Positions 8,807-18,615 of a stretch of DNA of 64,000 nt are shown here, in pieces; the stretch's first letter is position 1, and every line of letters starts with the position of its first letter. Both the position numbers and the translations under genes were made by a program. Origin of the DNA: Dehalococcoidia bacterium (lineage in GTDB: Bacteria > Chloroflexota > Dehalococcoidia > Lucifugimonadales > Lucifugimonadaceae); the NCBI GenBank assembly GCA_965206335.1, contig OZ242209.1:1716116-1780115 (forward strand), given 5' to 3'. The notes under the pieces were generated by a model. It was not told where the DNA came from. It did no database searches and saw only the letters and a program-made list of their open reading frames with translations.

Positions 8807-10552
8807 ATGAAGAAAAGAGAAATTTCGCAGAGTTCGGGGTATCACCGGGCTTTACAAATATTCCGTGAAAATATCGGATATCTACAGGTGACTTTATTTG
8901 TTGCCGGCTTGGGAGGTTTTGTGGCGGGGGCGCTTGTATGGATCTTCTTTCGGGATATCGCGGATATAGGGCTCATTGTGCTTGCCATAGGAGCGGGCAT
9001 GATATTTGCAGGCGGAGTAATATCATGGCGGGTTGTGATGCAATCCGTTCTGGGAAAGAGAGGACGCTACGGTCTAAATACGGCGATAATTTTTGTAGCG
9101 GTTTTGGTAATGGCCGTTATTGTAAATTGGCTACTGTTTTGGGTACTCGCAAGGCCAGACCCGCCCGGTTGGATCCGCGTCGATACAACATCCTCCAAGC
9201 AGCACCTTTTGGGTGAACAGGCTGTGAACTCTTTGCAAATACTGGAAGAGCCCGTCTTGGTAACTGCTTTTTTCTCTACGGATACCCCGCAAAATGCGTT
9301 AGCATGGCGCATTACCGAAGATCTGCTTAGAGAGTTCAAGCGTCGTTCTTCAACGCAACCCTTCGACTACCGAAGAATAGATCCGGATCTGGATCCAAAC
9401 GCAGCTATAGATTATGGCGTGAGACGCTTCCCGGCGCTTGTAGTAGAGGCAACAACCTCGAGGCGTCGTGAGGTACTGACGGCTAGCAGAGATGCGGATG
9501 GGTCGGTAACACCATTCGGAGAACGAGAGATCATAACGGGCTTACTGGTGGTTAACCAAATAACTCAAAAGACTGTCATGTTCATCACGGGACACGGTGA
9601 ACGATTGGTAACCGATTTGGATCCGTCCGGACTGAGTTGGGGATTTGCCGCCGCAGATATAGGACGCGAGAATTACCTGATTGTAGAAGGCACCGTAGAA
9701 GAGATGACAAGGCTGCGGATAACGGATGACCCGAATGATGACCCCGCAGTTATAGTACTGGCTGGCCCGTCACAGGATATTTCCGAAAGTGAAGAGCAAG
9801 CACTGTCCGACTATCTCAGAAACGGCGGCAGTATGCTCCTGACAGTAGAGCCAAACGCAAGTGTAATATTGCCGCGCTTATCTTCACTACTGCTTCGGTA
9901 TGGGCTGGCAATAAGCGAAGGCGCCGTAGTGGATAGGGCAAGCTCTGTGGGCGGTCAGCCCGGGTTTCTCCAGATCAAAGATAGCAACGGCCAATTGCCG
10001 CCTCACCCTATCACGGAAGGCTTTGACGTACTCTATCTGCCCGGATCGGCTTCTCTAGGTATCATCGAAGCTGCTGCTCCTGCTCGTGTACCTATCACTG
10101 AAGATCGTGTGCCTTTCATCACTTTCAACCCTCTGGCATTTTCTACGCTGGATAGTTGGAATGAGACGGGAACTGAAATCTCCTTCGACTCCGAAGAGGA
10201 TACACCGGGACCTATTCCTATAATACTGTCCGTAGAAGCAATATCGGAGTTGGGCGCAGAACCGATGATTGTGGATGGTGAGCGCGTGAAGACGCGTTTA
10301 TTGATTATAGGAGATACGGATTTCGCCAGTAATACACTCGTAGGCTCCGCGAGAAACGGGGATCTAGTGGTCAATTCCATAAATTGGCTTGCGGAAGATT
10401 TTGAACTGATAACTATTCGCTCCAAATTTAGGGAACCGCGCTTGCTGTTCCTTACGCAAAGTGAAAGGGATTTCATCCGCTGGAGCGGCTGGCTATTAAT
10501 GCCGGCTTTAGTGGGCATGTTCGGTATATGGACGTGGTGGCGCAGAAGGTAG
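8807..10552 (+). CDS. GldG-like ABC-transporter auxiliary component
   Basis: The protein is 581 aa, with TM anchors at both ends around a large soluble domain. Its position after an ABC-2 ATPase/permease pair is the usual GldA/F/G-type arrangement. Confidence 0.6.
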   Translation: MKKREISQSSGYHRALQIFRENIGYLQVTLFVAGLGGFVAGALVWIFFRDIADIGLIVLAIGAGMIFAGGVISWRVVMQSVLGKRGRYGLNTAIIFVAVLVMAVIVNWLLFWVLARPDPPGWIRVDTTSSKQHLLGEQAVNSLQILEEPVLVTAFFSTDTPQNALAWRITEDLLREFKRRSSTQPFDYRRIDPDLDPNAAIDYGVRRFPALVVEATTSRRREVLTASRDADGSVTPFGEREIITGLLVVNQITQKTVMFITGHGERLVTDLDPSGLSWGFAAADIGRENYLIVEGTVEEMTRLRITDDPNDDPAVIVLAGPSQDISESEEQALSDYLRNGGSMLLTVEPNASVILPRLSSLLLRYGLAISEGAVVDRASSVGGQPGFLQIKDSNGQLPPHPITEGFDVLYLPGSASLGIIEAAAPARVPITEDRVPFITFNPLAFSTLDSWNETGTEISFDSEEDTPGPIPIILSVEAISELGAEPMIVDGERVKTRLLIIGDTDFASNTLVGSARNGDLVVNSINWLAEDFELITIRSKFREPRLLFLTQSERDFIRWSGWLLMPALVGMFGIWTWWRRR

Positions 10553-10561
10553 AATAGTTTT

Positions 10562-11602
10562 ATGACCAGACTGAACATATCACTGATACTCATAATAGCC
10601 TCCGCATGGACGATTGTGCTGGTGGCATGGCTAGCTACTATAGGACCTCTTGCCGCTTCCACTTCCGCCGCCGGCAATGATGACCCACCTTTCTTTTACA
10701 CCGTGTCTCCGGATGATTTGACGCGGATAGAGATATCGAATGAAGGTAAGGTGCAGTCATGGTACTACCGCGAAGATTACCAGAGATGGTTCTTCGAAAA
10801 TATGGAGGGTACACCGGTAGATCTATATAGATGGGGCGGGATAACCGTGCTTTTGGGCGGTCCAAGAATCGCAAGGCTCCTAACGGAAAATTTGGAAAAT
10901 CCCGCAGTATACGGACTGGATAACCCGCAAACTATCGTTACTCTAACTTTGAGGGACGGTTCACAGCATACGGCAGTGCTGGGTAATGCAACACCGGACG
11001 GCGTGCGAAATTATGCCGCCATAAGCAGAACCGACGCAGAACCGCGGTTGGTTTTGGTAGATGCAACTTGGGGCGCGGTGCTAAATCGCCTAGTCAATGA
11101 GCCGCCTTTACCTACGTGGGTATATTCTCTCGATCCCGGTAGTGCACGAGAGGTCATTCTATTCGATAACAATGAAGTGGTTCGCGCATACGGACGGGAT
11201 AGAGATACGGGCGAATGGTTTATATGCGATATACCGGTAAGACAAGACCCATGTATAGGAGATATTCCCGCCGATGATGAAGCAATATTGGCAAATTTGC
11301 GCCATATAGCCAATCATCGCATATTTCGTGTAGAAGCTATAGATCTGGAGAAGGATACGGATTTTAAACCTTACGGAACTACTATAAACTCCCCTTATGC
11401 AAGGATCAGAGTGGAGAGCGTTAGGGAAGACGGAATAACGGAAGTTACAGGCATAACTCTCAATATAGGCGATGTTACGCCTGACGGTATGTTTCGCTAC
11501 GCAGTGTTGAACGAGACGAGCGATGTTGTACTTGTAGATAGGGAATGGGCGGATGGAATATTGGAACTGGTGCGAGGGAGACTGTTGGCGGAGATTTCCT
11601 AG
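10562..11602 (+). CDS. Membrane-anchored hypothetical protein (DUF4340-like by context)
   Basis: It has an N-terminal TM helix and follows the GldG-like gene, as DUF4340 proteins commonly do. The assignment rests on context only. Confidence 0.4.
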   Translation: MTRLNISLILIIASAWTIVLVAWLATIGPLAASTSAAGNDDPPFFYTVSPDDLTRIEISNEGKVQSWYYREDYQRWFFENMEGTPVDLYRWGGITVLLGGPRIARLLTENLENPAVYGLDNPQTIVTLTLRDGSQHTAVLGNATPDGVRNYAAISRTDAEPRLVLVDATWGAVLNRLVNEPPLPTWVYSLDPGSAREVILFDNNEVVRAYGRDRDTGEWFICDIPVRQDPCIGDIPADDEAILANLRHIANHRIFRVEAIDLEKDTDFKPYGTTINSPYARIRVESVREDGITEVTGITLNIGDVTPDGMFRYAVLNETSDVVLVDREWADGILELVRGRLLAEIS

Positions 11603-11701
11603 TAGTTAGGAAAATTTCCTATTAGAGATAAACATGAATGTTAAAGCAGTCCGTCGCGGTATTATGTCGGAAGACGTATAGATTTCTATAGAAAGGTAAA
11701 C

Positions 11702-12943
11702 ATGAATGGTGAAATAATCGCTATAGGTCGTGAGCTCCTTATGGGAGAGATTGTAGATACTAATTCTTCTTTTATAGCTCAGATGCTTGTACGCTCGGGA
11801 GTTACTGTTGAACACATATCTCAGGTGGGAGATGATATAGAACACTTATGCGAAGCTCTTGAAAGAGCACTCGAAAGAGCGAACGTTGTTGTAACTTGCG
11901 GAGGCTTGGGACCCACTTCGGATGATTTGACTCGTGAAGCCGCGGCACGGGTTATGAATGAGGATCTGAGTGTAGATGCCTCTCTTTTGAGCTGGTTGGA
12001 AGGTGTTTTCAAAGAAAGAGGCTTTGAGAATATGCCTAAAACAAACATCAAACAGGCATGGTTGATCCCATCGGCGGAGCCTATAGCCAACGCACTTGGC
12101 ACGGCTCCGGGCTGGTGGGTCACAAAGAATGACAGGCATCTGATACTGACACCGGGTCCGCCTAGAGAGTTACAACGAATGTGGCGGGATGGGATAGCCT
12201 CTCGGCTGGAAAGGATATCGGGCGGAGAAAAGCTCGCAGTCTGTACCTTGAAGACGGCCGGCCTGACGGAAGGTAATATGGATGAGATTGTCAGCGATCT
12301 GTTCGGCAGAGAGAATCCTTACTTGGGTATATACGCCAGAACTGATGGGATACACCTTCGTATAATCGGACGCGCAGCATCTATGGAAAATGCCGAAGCG
12401 ATAGTGAAGGATATGGAATCGGAAATAGAGGCTAGGCTCACAGGGTATATTTGGGGAAGAAATGAGGATACGCCGGGTTTGGTCGCTTCCCAATTGATGG
12501 CGGAAAACAAGACAACTCTTGCGGTACTGGAAGCAGGATCGGGAGGTGCGGTTTCAGCTATGTTCGTAGAATCCGAGGCGGGCGAATGGTTCAAGGGTTC
12601 ACTGGTAATAGATGAGTACGCCGATCTGTCTAGTGCATCTCTGGAGGCTTTGCTCGGATGGAATGGGAAGTCTATCGCCGATGCAAAAACTGCATTGAAT
12701 ATGGCACACGCCGCAAGACGAATGATGAAGGCGGATATAGGTCTAGGTGTAGGTCCTGTTGCCAAGGATATCCGAGAAGGAACGCCCGAAGGAACAGTAC
12801 ACGTAGGTATGGTGGTAGGTGAAAGGGAAAAGGTGGCGATGAGCAGGTTCGCTAGAGGACGGGGGCACTTCCGACAAAGGACGGCTTTGTTCGCTATAGT
12901 GGAGTTGGTGGGATGGCTGAAAAAGCATGGGACTCCTAAGTGA
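11702..12943 (+). CDS. cinA: CinA-family protein (MoCF-type domain + nicotinamide-nucleotide amidase domain)
   Basis: The N-terminus reads GEIIAIGRELLMGEIVDTN ... TCGGLGPTSDDLT. A C-terminal PncC-like domain is present. Confidence 0.85.
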   Translation: MNGEIIAIGRELLMGEIVDTNSSFIAQMLVRSGVTVEHISQVGDDIEHLCEALERALERANVVVTCGGLGPTSDDLTREAAARVMNEDLSVDASLLSWLEGVFKERGFENMPKTNIKQAWLIPSAEPIANALGTAPGWWVTKNDRHLILTPGPPRELQRMWRDGIASRLERISGGEKLAVCTLKTAGLTEGNMDEIVSDLFGRENPYLGIYARTDGIHLRIIGRAASMENAEAIVKDMESEIEARLTGYIWGRNEDTPGLVASQLMAENKTTLAVLEAGSGGAVSAMFVESEAGEWFKGSLVIDEYADLSSASLEALLGWNGKSIADAKTALNMAHAARRMMKADIGLGVGPVAKDIREGTPEGTVHVGMVVGEREKVAMSRFARGRGHFRQRTALFAIVELVGWLKKHGTPK

Positions 12944-12990
12944 ACGGAAAACCTGAAACCTTCTGAAGGTAACGGATATATAAAACAGAG

Positions 12991-15900
12991 TCAGCTAGTT
13001 AGAGTTTTATAAAGTTGCAGTAGTCTCTGTGGCATAGTCTGGATATCCGGCAGAACTTCATAACTGAAATCATCCATCATTGTCTTTAGATAGTCGTGAC
13101 CTGACTTATCTACCGTAAGGCAAAACGGCTTTATCCCGGCTCGGCGCGTTTCTATAAGTGCCATCCTCGTATCGTGGACAGCATACTCTTTCTCTACGCC
13201 TTCCCTGCTATAGCCTCTATCTTGCGGTCGTCCATCGGATATCAGGAAGAGGTATCGTGATTTGGCGTCATATTTAGCCAATTTGTTCTTAGCGTGCCGA
13301 ATAGCGGGACCCATACGAGTGGCATGTAGTGGGGCTATTCGGTCTATTCGTCCCGGAACTTTGGACTCGTCGAACTTCTCATCTATGTCTTTGATTACAT
13401 AAAATTCCACATTTTCACGCCCGTAACCTGAAAAGCCATATACCCCATAGTTGTCGCCTAGCATTTCAAGGGCGTTCACCAGTAGGACCACACTCTCCTT
13501 CTCCACATCCACTATCCTTTTATACTTTCTTCTAAGGCTATCGGAGCGGTGTGACCGTAGCCAAATCATATACTCAACCGGATCATCCGGTGCGCCCCAC
13601 TCATCGTTGTTATCACCCATGTACTCTATAGCTTCAGCGGTAGAGGCACTCATGTCTAGAAGAAAAGCTACGGCTACTGATCGTTCTATTTTATTGCGGG
13701 ACCAGTAAATCTTTTCATCCGGAGATGCCTTGACGCGAATATCTATCAGCGCTTCAAGAGCTGCGTCAAAATCTGCTTCTTCACCGTCATACAAACGTTT
13801 CCGCTTACTGTACATTTCCGGCACTATCATCTCGAACTGCCTTTTGATTTCGTGGACAAGAGGGGCATTATGGGCAAGCACATCACGATAAAAATGAGGA
13901 TCGCCTTCACTCATGCGTTTTTCATGGAGCAGGCACCAGCGCTGTTTATATTCACCGGAACGAAAGTCCCATTCTTCGTACAGATATTGATTATCCGCTT
14001 TCACCTCGAGCTGCCCGCCCTCTTCCGGTATATGTTTTGTCCCTCTCTGCTGGGCAATTTTGCCTTGCGGGTCTCGTCTTGCCAACTCATCGAGTATATT
14101 GTTTGAAAGTTCACTCAGCTCCATATCGGAAGCGGATTCTCCTGAGGCGGGTTGAAAATCTCCTGAATTTTTCAGGAGTTCTTGGAGCTGTTCGGCTGTA
14201 ATCTCTTGAGTTTCTTCCATTTCGCCATCTGTGTTTTCATCCATATTCTGTAGCTTCGCCATAAGCTGTGCCAGTTCAGGCTTGAATTCACCTCGATAGT
14301 CTACATGCTGCGGCGATTCATAATCTTTCGAATCTTCGGGATAGTAGTCTTCGTCATCTTCATCTTCGGAAAGCCCATCGCCGCGCCGCATAGCTTCTAC
14401 GAACTGCTGAAGCACAAAATCTTTCGATACGTCCTCTTCGTCTTCTTTCCGTCCTTCTTCTTCAGAGTTTTCGCCGGTATCGCCGGTATCGAAAGAATCC
14501 AATTCATCGAAAGCATCTTCCAGTATGTCTTCATCGGGAATGGCGGCGAGCAGGGCGTATACACGTATAGCAGCTTCCGCCGTATCCTCTACAGTGACGC
14601 TGGGTTTAGTCATCTTGTTCATTATTCTACGTATGCGCCGGGCTATTTTTTTATGTTCGGACGGCACCTTTACGCCTTTTGCCTGCCCTAGAGAGTAGCG
14701 AATCATGAACTCTATCAAGGCTTCACGAGGGCGCATACTTGTAACATCAGGGCGATTTGCGGCCGCTTGTGCCTGTACCTCCACATATCGGGAGCTTATG
14801 CCTTTATAGGCATCCAGAATAGCGGAATCTATGCGCAGGCTTTCCAACACTATAAATACATCACGAGACATACGAGATTCGGGGAAAAGGGAAAAGAATC
14901 GGGTCATATCCGTAGATATCGCATCTTTGGCGCCGTTTTCCTTATGCTGTTTGGAATTGTCCTTATGCGTTTCATCCAGAAGTTTCGATATTTCGGGGCG
15001 CAAGTTTTCGAATATCATCGATGCCGTATCGAATTCAAAATCGAAAGAACCAAACTCTATATGACCCGCCTGATGCGTTGCCATAACTTTGTAATATGAA
15101 AAATTCTCATCTTTGGATTTTTCATGGTTTACAGTAGACGGAAGGTATATAACGCCTACCTCCGATGAAGGTAAAGCTGTCTTTAGCCACCCTATATCCT
15201 TCTCCACCAAATTTTCCGAGGCGCTTATATCTACAGCCTGTCCGCAAAGAGCGAAGCAGTACATGCCTAGTATATCTCGCACTCTAGGGAGGTCTACTCC
15301 CGTAGAAAGTGAGTCCAGCACATCATTAGATAACGGTGAAGTAAGCGCGAAGTATGACTCTGCAGATTTACTGTTGCATCTTGTCGACTCAATACCTCTC
15401 CTGTGCCAGTGGGTTACTTGCTCTAACGTGACGCGTTGAAGAAGTGAAGGAAGCACCTGCAAAAACGCTTCCGCCGCTTCATGTGAGATATCTATGAGGT
15501 CATCGGTGAGTTTCAGAGCGTTGCTATATTCACTAGGGGATGTGATGTTTGCTATAGAGGCTATGTTGCGCAAGATTTCGGATGTTTTGGTACTGCCTGC
15601 TTCGGTAATTTTTTGCGCCAAGCTTATCATGGGGCGCCGCCGGTCAAAGTGAACTCTCTGCAGAGAAGAGGTGGCAATTCCGAAAAGCGGCTTTATTTCA
15701 CGCCATGATATTCTGGTAACCGTCTCTGCAAGCACTATAAATGCTCTACTGTCTTTACCAAGCATAGGCAGGATGTTTGCCGATGCTTCTAAAACCTCAT
15801 TTGCAGATTCATAAGAACGAAGCGAAAGAGTTTCTAGAAACTTCCCGAAAAGGCGAAACCCTGAAAATGAGAGATGTTCCATCAATAGCGCGGTAAACTC

Positions 15901-16365
15901 AAAAAGTTTGCATGCAAGAGAACCCGATTTCCAAGTGCCTCTATAAAGCGCGCTAGATACGGTAACCCAATCCTCTATATTACGAGGTGCAAGGTTTTTT
16001 AAAGTAGCCGGACTAGATTTGAAATAAGTGGAAGCTAGAGACGGTGAGACTGATATCAGTTTATGGCCAATCTCGCCCCATTCTCTGAAGTACACCCCTG
16101 ATAGGTTGATATGAACCGCAGTAGAAGCCTCAAAATAGGCTATAGCCACTTCCCAACCACGCATACCCTCTTTTGCTATAGTAACTCCTTGTGCGCCCCA
16201 CGTCTGCAGATCTTCACCCGCCAATTTCAATATCAGGTTTGACCTTGCCTCCCAGTACTTTTCAAATACACGTGGATCTAGTTTCTGGAGTGTCTCCGCT
16301 ATGGAACTCATTTTGTCCTTTTCGATTTTCCTAGACGGCTTGTCATTGTTTACACTATCATTCAT
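12991..16365 (-). CDS. Large NorD/CbbO-like protein with C-terminal von Willebrand A domain
   Basis: The C-terminal vWA domain has a MIDAS-like DxSxS (LLDMSASTAE) and LISDGRPQD. The motif YEEWDFRSGEYKQRWC precedes it. An Asp/Glu-rich linker spans ~nt 14100-14545. About 600 N-terminal residues remain unassigned. Confidence 0.75.
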   Translation of the reverse strand: MNDSVNNDKPSRKIEKDKMSSIAETLQKLDPRVFEKYWEARSNLILKLAGEDLQTWGAQGVTIAKEGMRGWEVAIAYFEASTAVHINLSGVYFREWGEIGHKLISVSPSLASTYFKSSPATLKNLAPRNIEDWVTVSSALYRGTWKSGSLACKLFEFTALLMEHLSFSGFRLFGKFLETLSLRSYESANEVLEASANILPMLGKDSRAFIVLAETVTRISWREIKPLFGIATSSLQRVHFDRRRPMISLAQKITEAGSTKTSEILRNIASIANITSPSEYSNALKLTDDLIDISHEAAEAFLQVLPSLLQRVTLEQVTHWHRRGIESTRCNSKSAESYFALTSPLSNDVLDSLSTGVDLPRVRDILGMYCFALCGQAVDISASENLVEKDIGWLKTALPSSEVGVIYLPSTVNHEKSKDENFSYYKVMATHQAGHIEFGSFDFEFDTASMIFENLRPEISKLLDETHKDNSKQHKENGAKDAISTDMTRFFSLFPESRMSRDVFIVLESLRIDSAILDAYKGISSRYVEVQAQAAANRPDVTSMRPREALIEFMIRYSLGQAKGVKVPSEHKKIARRIRRIMNKMTKPSVTVEDTAEAAIRVYALLAAIPDEDILEDAFDELDSFDTGDTGENSEEEGRKEDEEDVSKDFVLQQFVEAMRRGDGLSEDEDDEDYYPEDSKDYESPQHVDYRGEFKPELAQLMAKLQNMDENTDGEMEETQEITAEQLQELLKNSGDFQPASGESASDMELSELSNNILDELARRDPQGKIAQQRGTKHIPEEGGQLEVKADNQYLYEEWDFRSGEYKQRWCLLHEKRMSEGDPHFYRDVLAHNAPLVHEIKRQFEMIVPEMYSKRKRLYDGEEADFDAALEALIDIRVKASPDEKIYWSRNKIERSVAVAFLLDMSASTAEAIEYMGDNNDEWGAPDDPVEYMIWLRSHRSDSLRRKYKRIVDVEKESVVLLVNALEMLGDNYGVYGFSGYGRENVEFYVIKDIDEKFDESKVPGRIDRIAPLHATRMGPAIRHAKNKLAKYDAKSRYLFLISDGRPQDRGYSREGVEKEYAVHDTRMALIETRRAGIKPFCLTVDKSGHDYLKTMMDDFSYEVLPDIQTMPQRLLQLYKTLTS

Positions 16366-16393
16366 TTCATATACGCCGCCTTCGTTAATATAT

Positions 16394-16957
16394 TTACGAC
16401 TGTTTAGCCATCAAAGCCACTTGAAACAGAACACGCGCCGTAGCCCCCCATATAACCCTACTATTGTACGCGATAGAGTCTACTTTATGCAGGGTAAGAT
16501 CATCTTCCAAAAAAGTTATAGACCTAAGATATTCGGGAGAGTACAGTGCGTTCAAAGGCAGGTACATAGTATCTGCGACCTCATCCGGATTGGGTATCGG
16601 TACTGCCTCTACCTTCAGCATGGCTGCGAAAGGCCATACGATATAGCCGGAAAGTGTAACAACAGGATCCAGCTGTCCCCAATAAGAGATCATACCCGGC
16701 GTAATAGCAGTTTCCTCTTCCATTTCACGAATCGCGGTATCGAGCAAAGTCTTGTCGGTAACCTCCACCGTACCTCCCGGAAACGCCCAGTCACCGGGAT
16801 GATTCGAGAGATGTTGGGCACGTTGAATCATCAAAATGGTTATACACGCTTCAAATTCATAGAACAGTACCATCACCGCAGCGTTTTTCCGTACACTGTC
16901 ATAGGGCGCCGATGATTTTTTATTGGCAAACCGCGCTGCAATATATTCGAGTTTCAT
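16394..16957 (-). CDS. Nudix hydrolase, CoA-pyrophosphatase type
   Basis: The Nudix box is GGTVEVTDKTLLDTAIREMEEETAI. It is preceded by LMIQRAQHLSNHPGDWAFPGG, which resembles the CoA-pyrophosphatase (NudL/PCD1-type) signature. Confidence 0.75.
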   Translation of the reverse strand: MKLEYIAARFANKKSSAPYDSVRKNAAVMVLFYEFEACITILMIQRAQHLSNHPGDWAFPGGTVEVTDKTLLDTAIREMEEETAITPGMISYWGQLDPVVTLSGYIVWPFAAMLKVEAVPIPNPDEVADTMYLPLNALYSPEYLRSITFLEDDLTLHKVDSIAYNSRVIWGATARVLFQVALMAKQS

Positions 16958-16964
16958 AAACGGT

Positions 16965-17855
16965 TTATTTGAATATAGACGTAACTACTTCATTCACGCT
17001 GCGCTGCACTTGAGGGTCATCCGTTATGCCCCACGTAACCGCTACTTGACAGGCGCGGCGCGGCGCTATCCCTTCCTTGATAAGCCTACCGGCATATATG
17101 AGGATACGCGTAGATGCCCCTTCTTCTAGGCCACGCTCTGAAAGGTTGCGTACCTTCTGCCCTAATTTAGCAAGCGACATCGCCGAATCCGAATCTACAC
17201 CTGACTCGTGAGATATTATACGGGCTTCTACTTCCGGTTCAGGAAAATCGAACTCCATAGCTACAAACCTTTGCCTTGTACTATGTTTGAGGTCTTTCAT
17301 TGCACTCTGATAGCCGGGATTGTAAGACACAACAAGAAGAAATCCGGGCGCCGCCTCTACAATCTGGCCTAGCTTATCTATAGTCAGTGAGCGTCTATGG
17401 TCGGCAAGCGGATGAATAATCACTGTTGTATCCTTCCGGGCTTCTACTATTTCATCCAAGTAACATATTCCGCCTACCTTGACGGCACGTGTCAGAGGTC
17501 CGTCTATCCACTGAGTACCTCTGGCATCCAGCAAATACCGCCCGACGAGGTCGCTAGCAGTCAAATCTTCATGACACGCTACAGTCATCAGCGGCAGGCT
17601 AGATCTAGAACCGTTACCCTCTCCCTTTTTACTAACTACGGTCAGTTTTTTCCCAAGTAGCCATGCCATATATTCCACAAAACGGGTTTTTCCGGTACCT
17701 GTAGGCCCTTTGAGAAGCAGAGGTACACGTTGTCTGTAAGCAGCTTCAAAAATCTCCACCTCATCACTGAGAGGAATAAAATAAGGCTCCTCTTCTATAA
17801 AGTACTCCTCTACTCTATACTGTTTATACTGCTCTTCTTTTCTTTGTGTGTTCAT
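16965..17855 (-). CDS. MoxR-class AAA+ ATPase of the CbbQ/NirQ/NorQ type
   Basis: It has a single AAA+ module with Walker A LLLKGPTGTGKTRF and Walker B YLDEIVEAR. The ~300-aa size is typical of the family. Confidence 0.85.
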   Translation of the reverse strand: MNTQRKEEQYKQYRVEEYFIEEEPYFIPLSDEVEIFEAAYRQRVPLLLKGPTGTGKTRFVEYMAWLLGKKLTVVSKKGEGNGSRSSLPLMTVACHEDLTASDLVGRYLLDARGTQWIDGPLTRAVKVGGICYLDEIVEARKDTTVIIHPLADHRRSLTIDKLGQIVEAAPGFLLVVSYNPGYQSAMKDLKHSTRQRFVAMEFDFPEPEVEARIISHESGVDSDSAMSLAKLGQKVRNLSERGLEEGASTRILIYAGRLIKEGIAPRRACQVAVTWGITDDPQVQRSVNEVVTSIFK

Positions 17856-17888
17856 AAATTCCTTTCTTTGTGAGCATAATAGGAATAT

Positions 17889-18494
17889 TCAATTGTGGGT
17901 TAACGTTTGCCACAAATTATAAACCCGATGATGCAACACATCTATATCCGAATTGTTTATTATTACCGTTACAGGTTTACCCGTGCCAATAGCGGCCTTC
18001 CTACGTTCAGTCGGTTCCATTTGTGCTCTGGAAAACGCTTCTGAATCGGCAATCGTAAAACCTTTTGCAATGAGGCGTGCACGGGCTATAGCATAATCTG
18101 CTTCTACAATCCATATTGTATCCACAATAGCATCCCAGCCCGCCTCTATCAGAACCGCAGCATCCAAAACGCACACATCAGCTCCCGACATCTCCCATTC
18201 CTCAAGTACCTCACTCTCTATCATAGGCCAGACTATACGCTCCAGTTCCTGCCGTTTTGCAGAATCTCCAAGAACTATGCGGCGCAACGCAGAGCGGACA
18301 ATGCCACCGCACTCCCCTAATATCTCATCTCCAAACAGAACCTTTACAGCAGTTTGCGCTCCGCCTCCGGGGGCATATAAGCGATGCGCTACCTTATCTG
18401 CGGAAACAGTATACGCACCTAATTCGCTAAGATTGAGACAAACCTCACTCTTGCCACACCCTATACCTCCTGTTACTCCTATCCTTATAGCTAT
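17889..18494 (-). CDS. coaE: Dephospho-CoA kinase (start codon uncertain, possibly ATA)
   Basis: The listed ORF (17889-18287) is only the C-terminal two thirds. The same frame stays open up to the stop at 18507-18509 and encodes the P-loop IRIGVTGGIGCGKSEV. There is no ATG, GTG or TTG upstream of the P-loop. Confidence 0.75.
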   Translation of the reverse strand: MAIRIGVTGGIGCGKSEVCLNLSELGAYTVSADKVAHRLYAPGGGAQTAVKVLFGDEILGECGGIVRSALRRIVLGDSAKRQELERIVWPMIESEVLEEWEMSGADVCVLDAAVLIEAGWDAIVDTIWIVEADYAIARARLIAKGFTIADSEAFSRAQMEPTERRKAAIGTGKPVTVIINNSDIDVLHHRVYNLWQTLTHN

Positions 18495-18615
18495 TCTCTC
18501 CGTTGCTTAAAGGGACATATCCTGAATCTTCACATACATAATTTTATAAAATATCAGTATCGGGAATGTCATAGAATCACAAGAGACTTTATTTGAACCA
18601 TATACTAAAAAGGCC

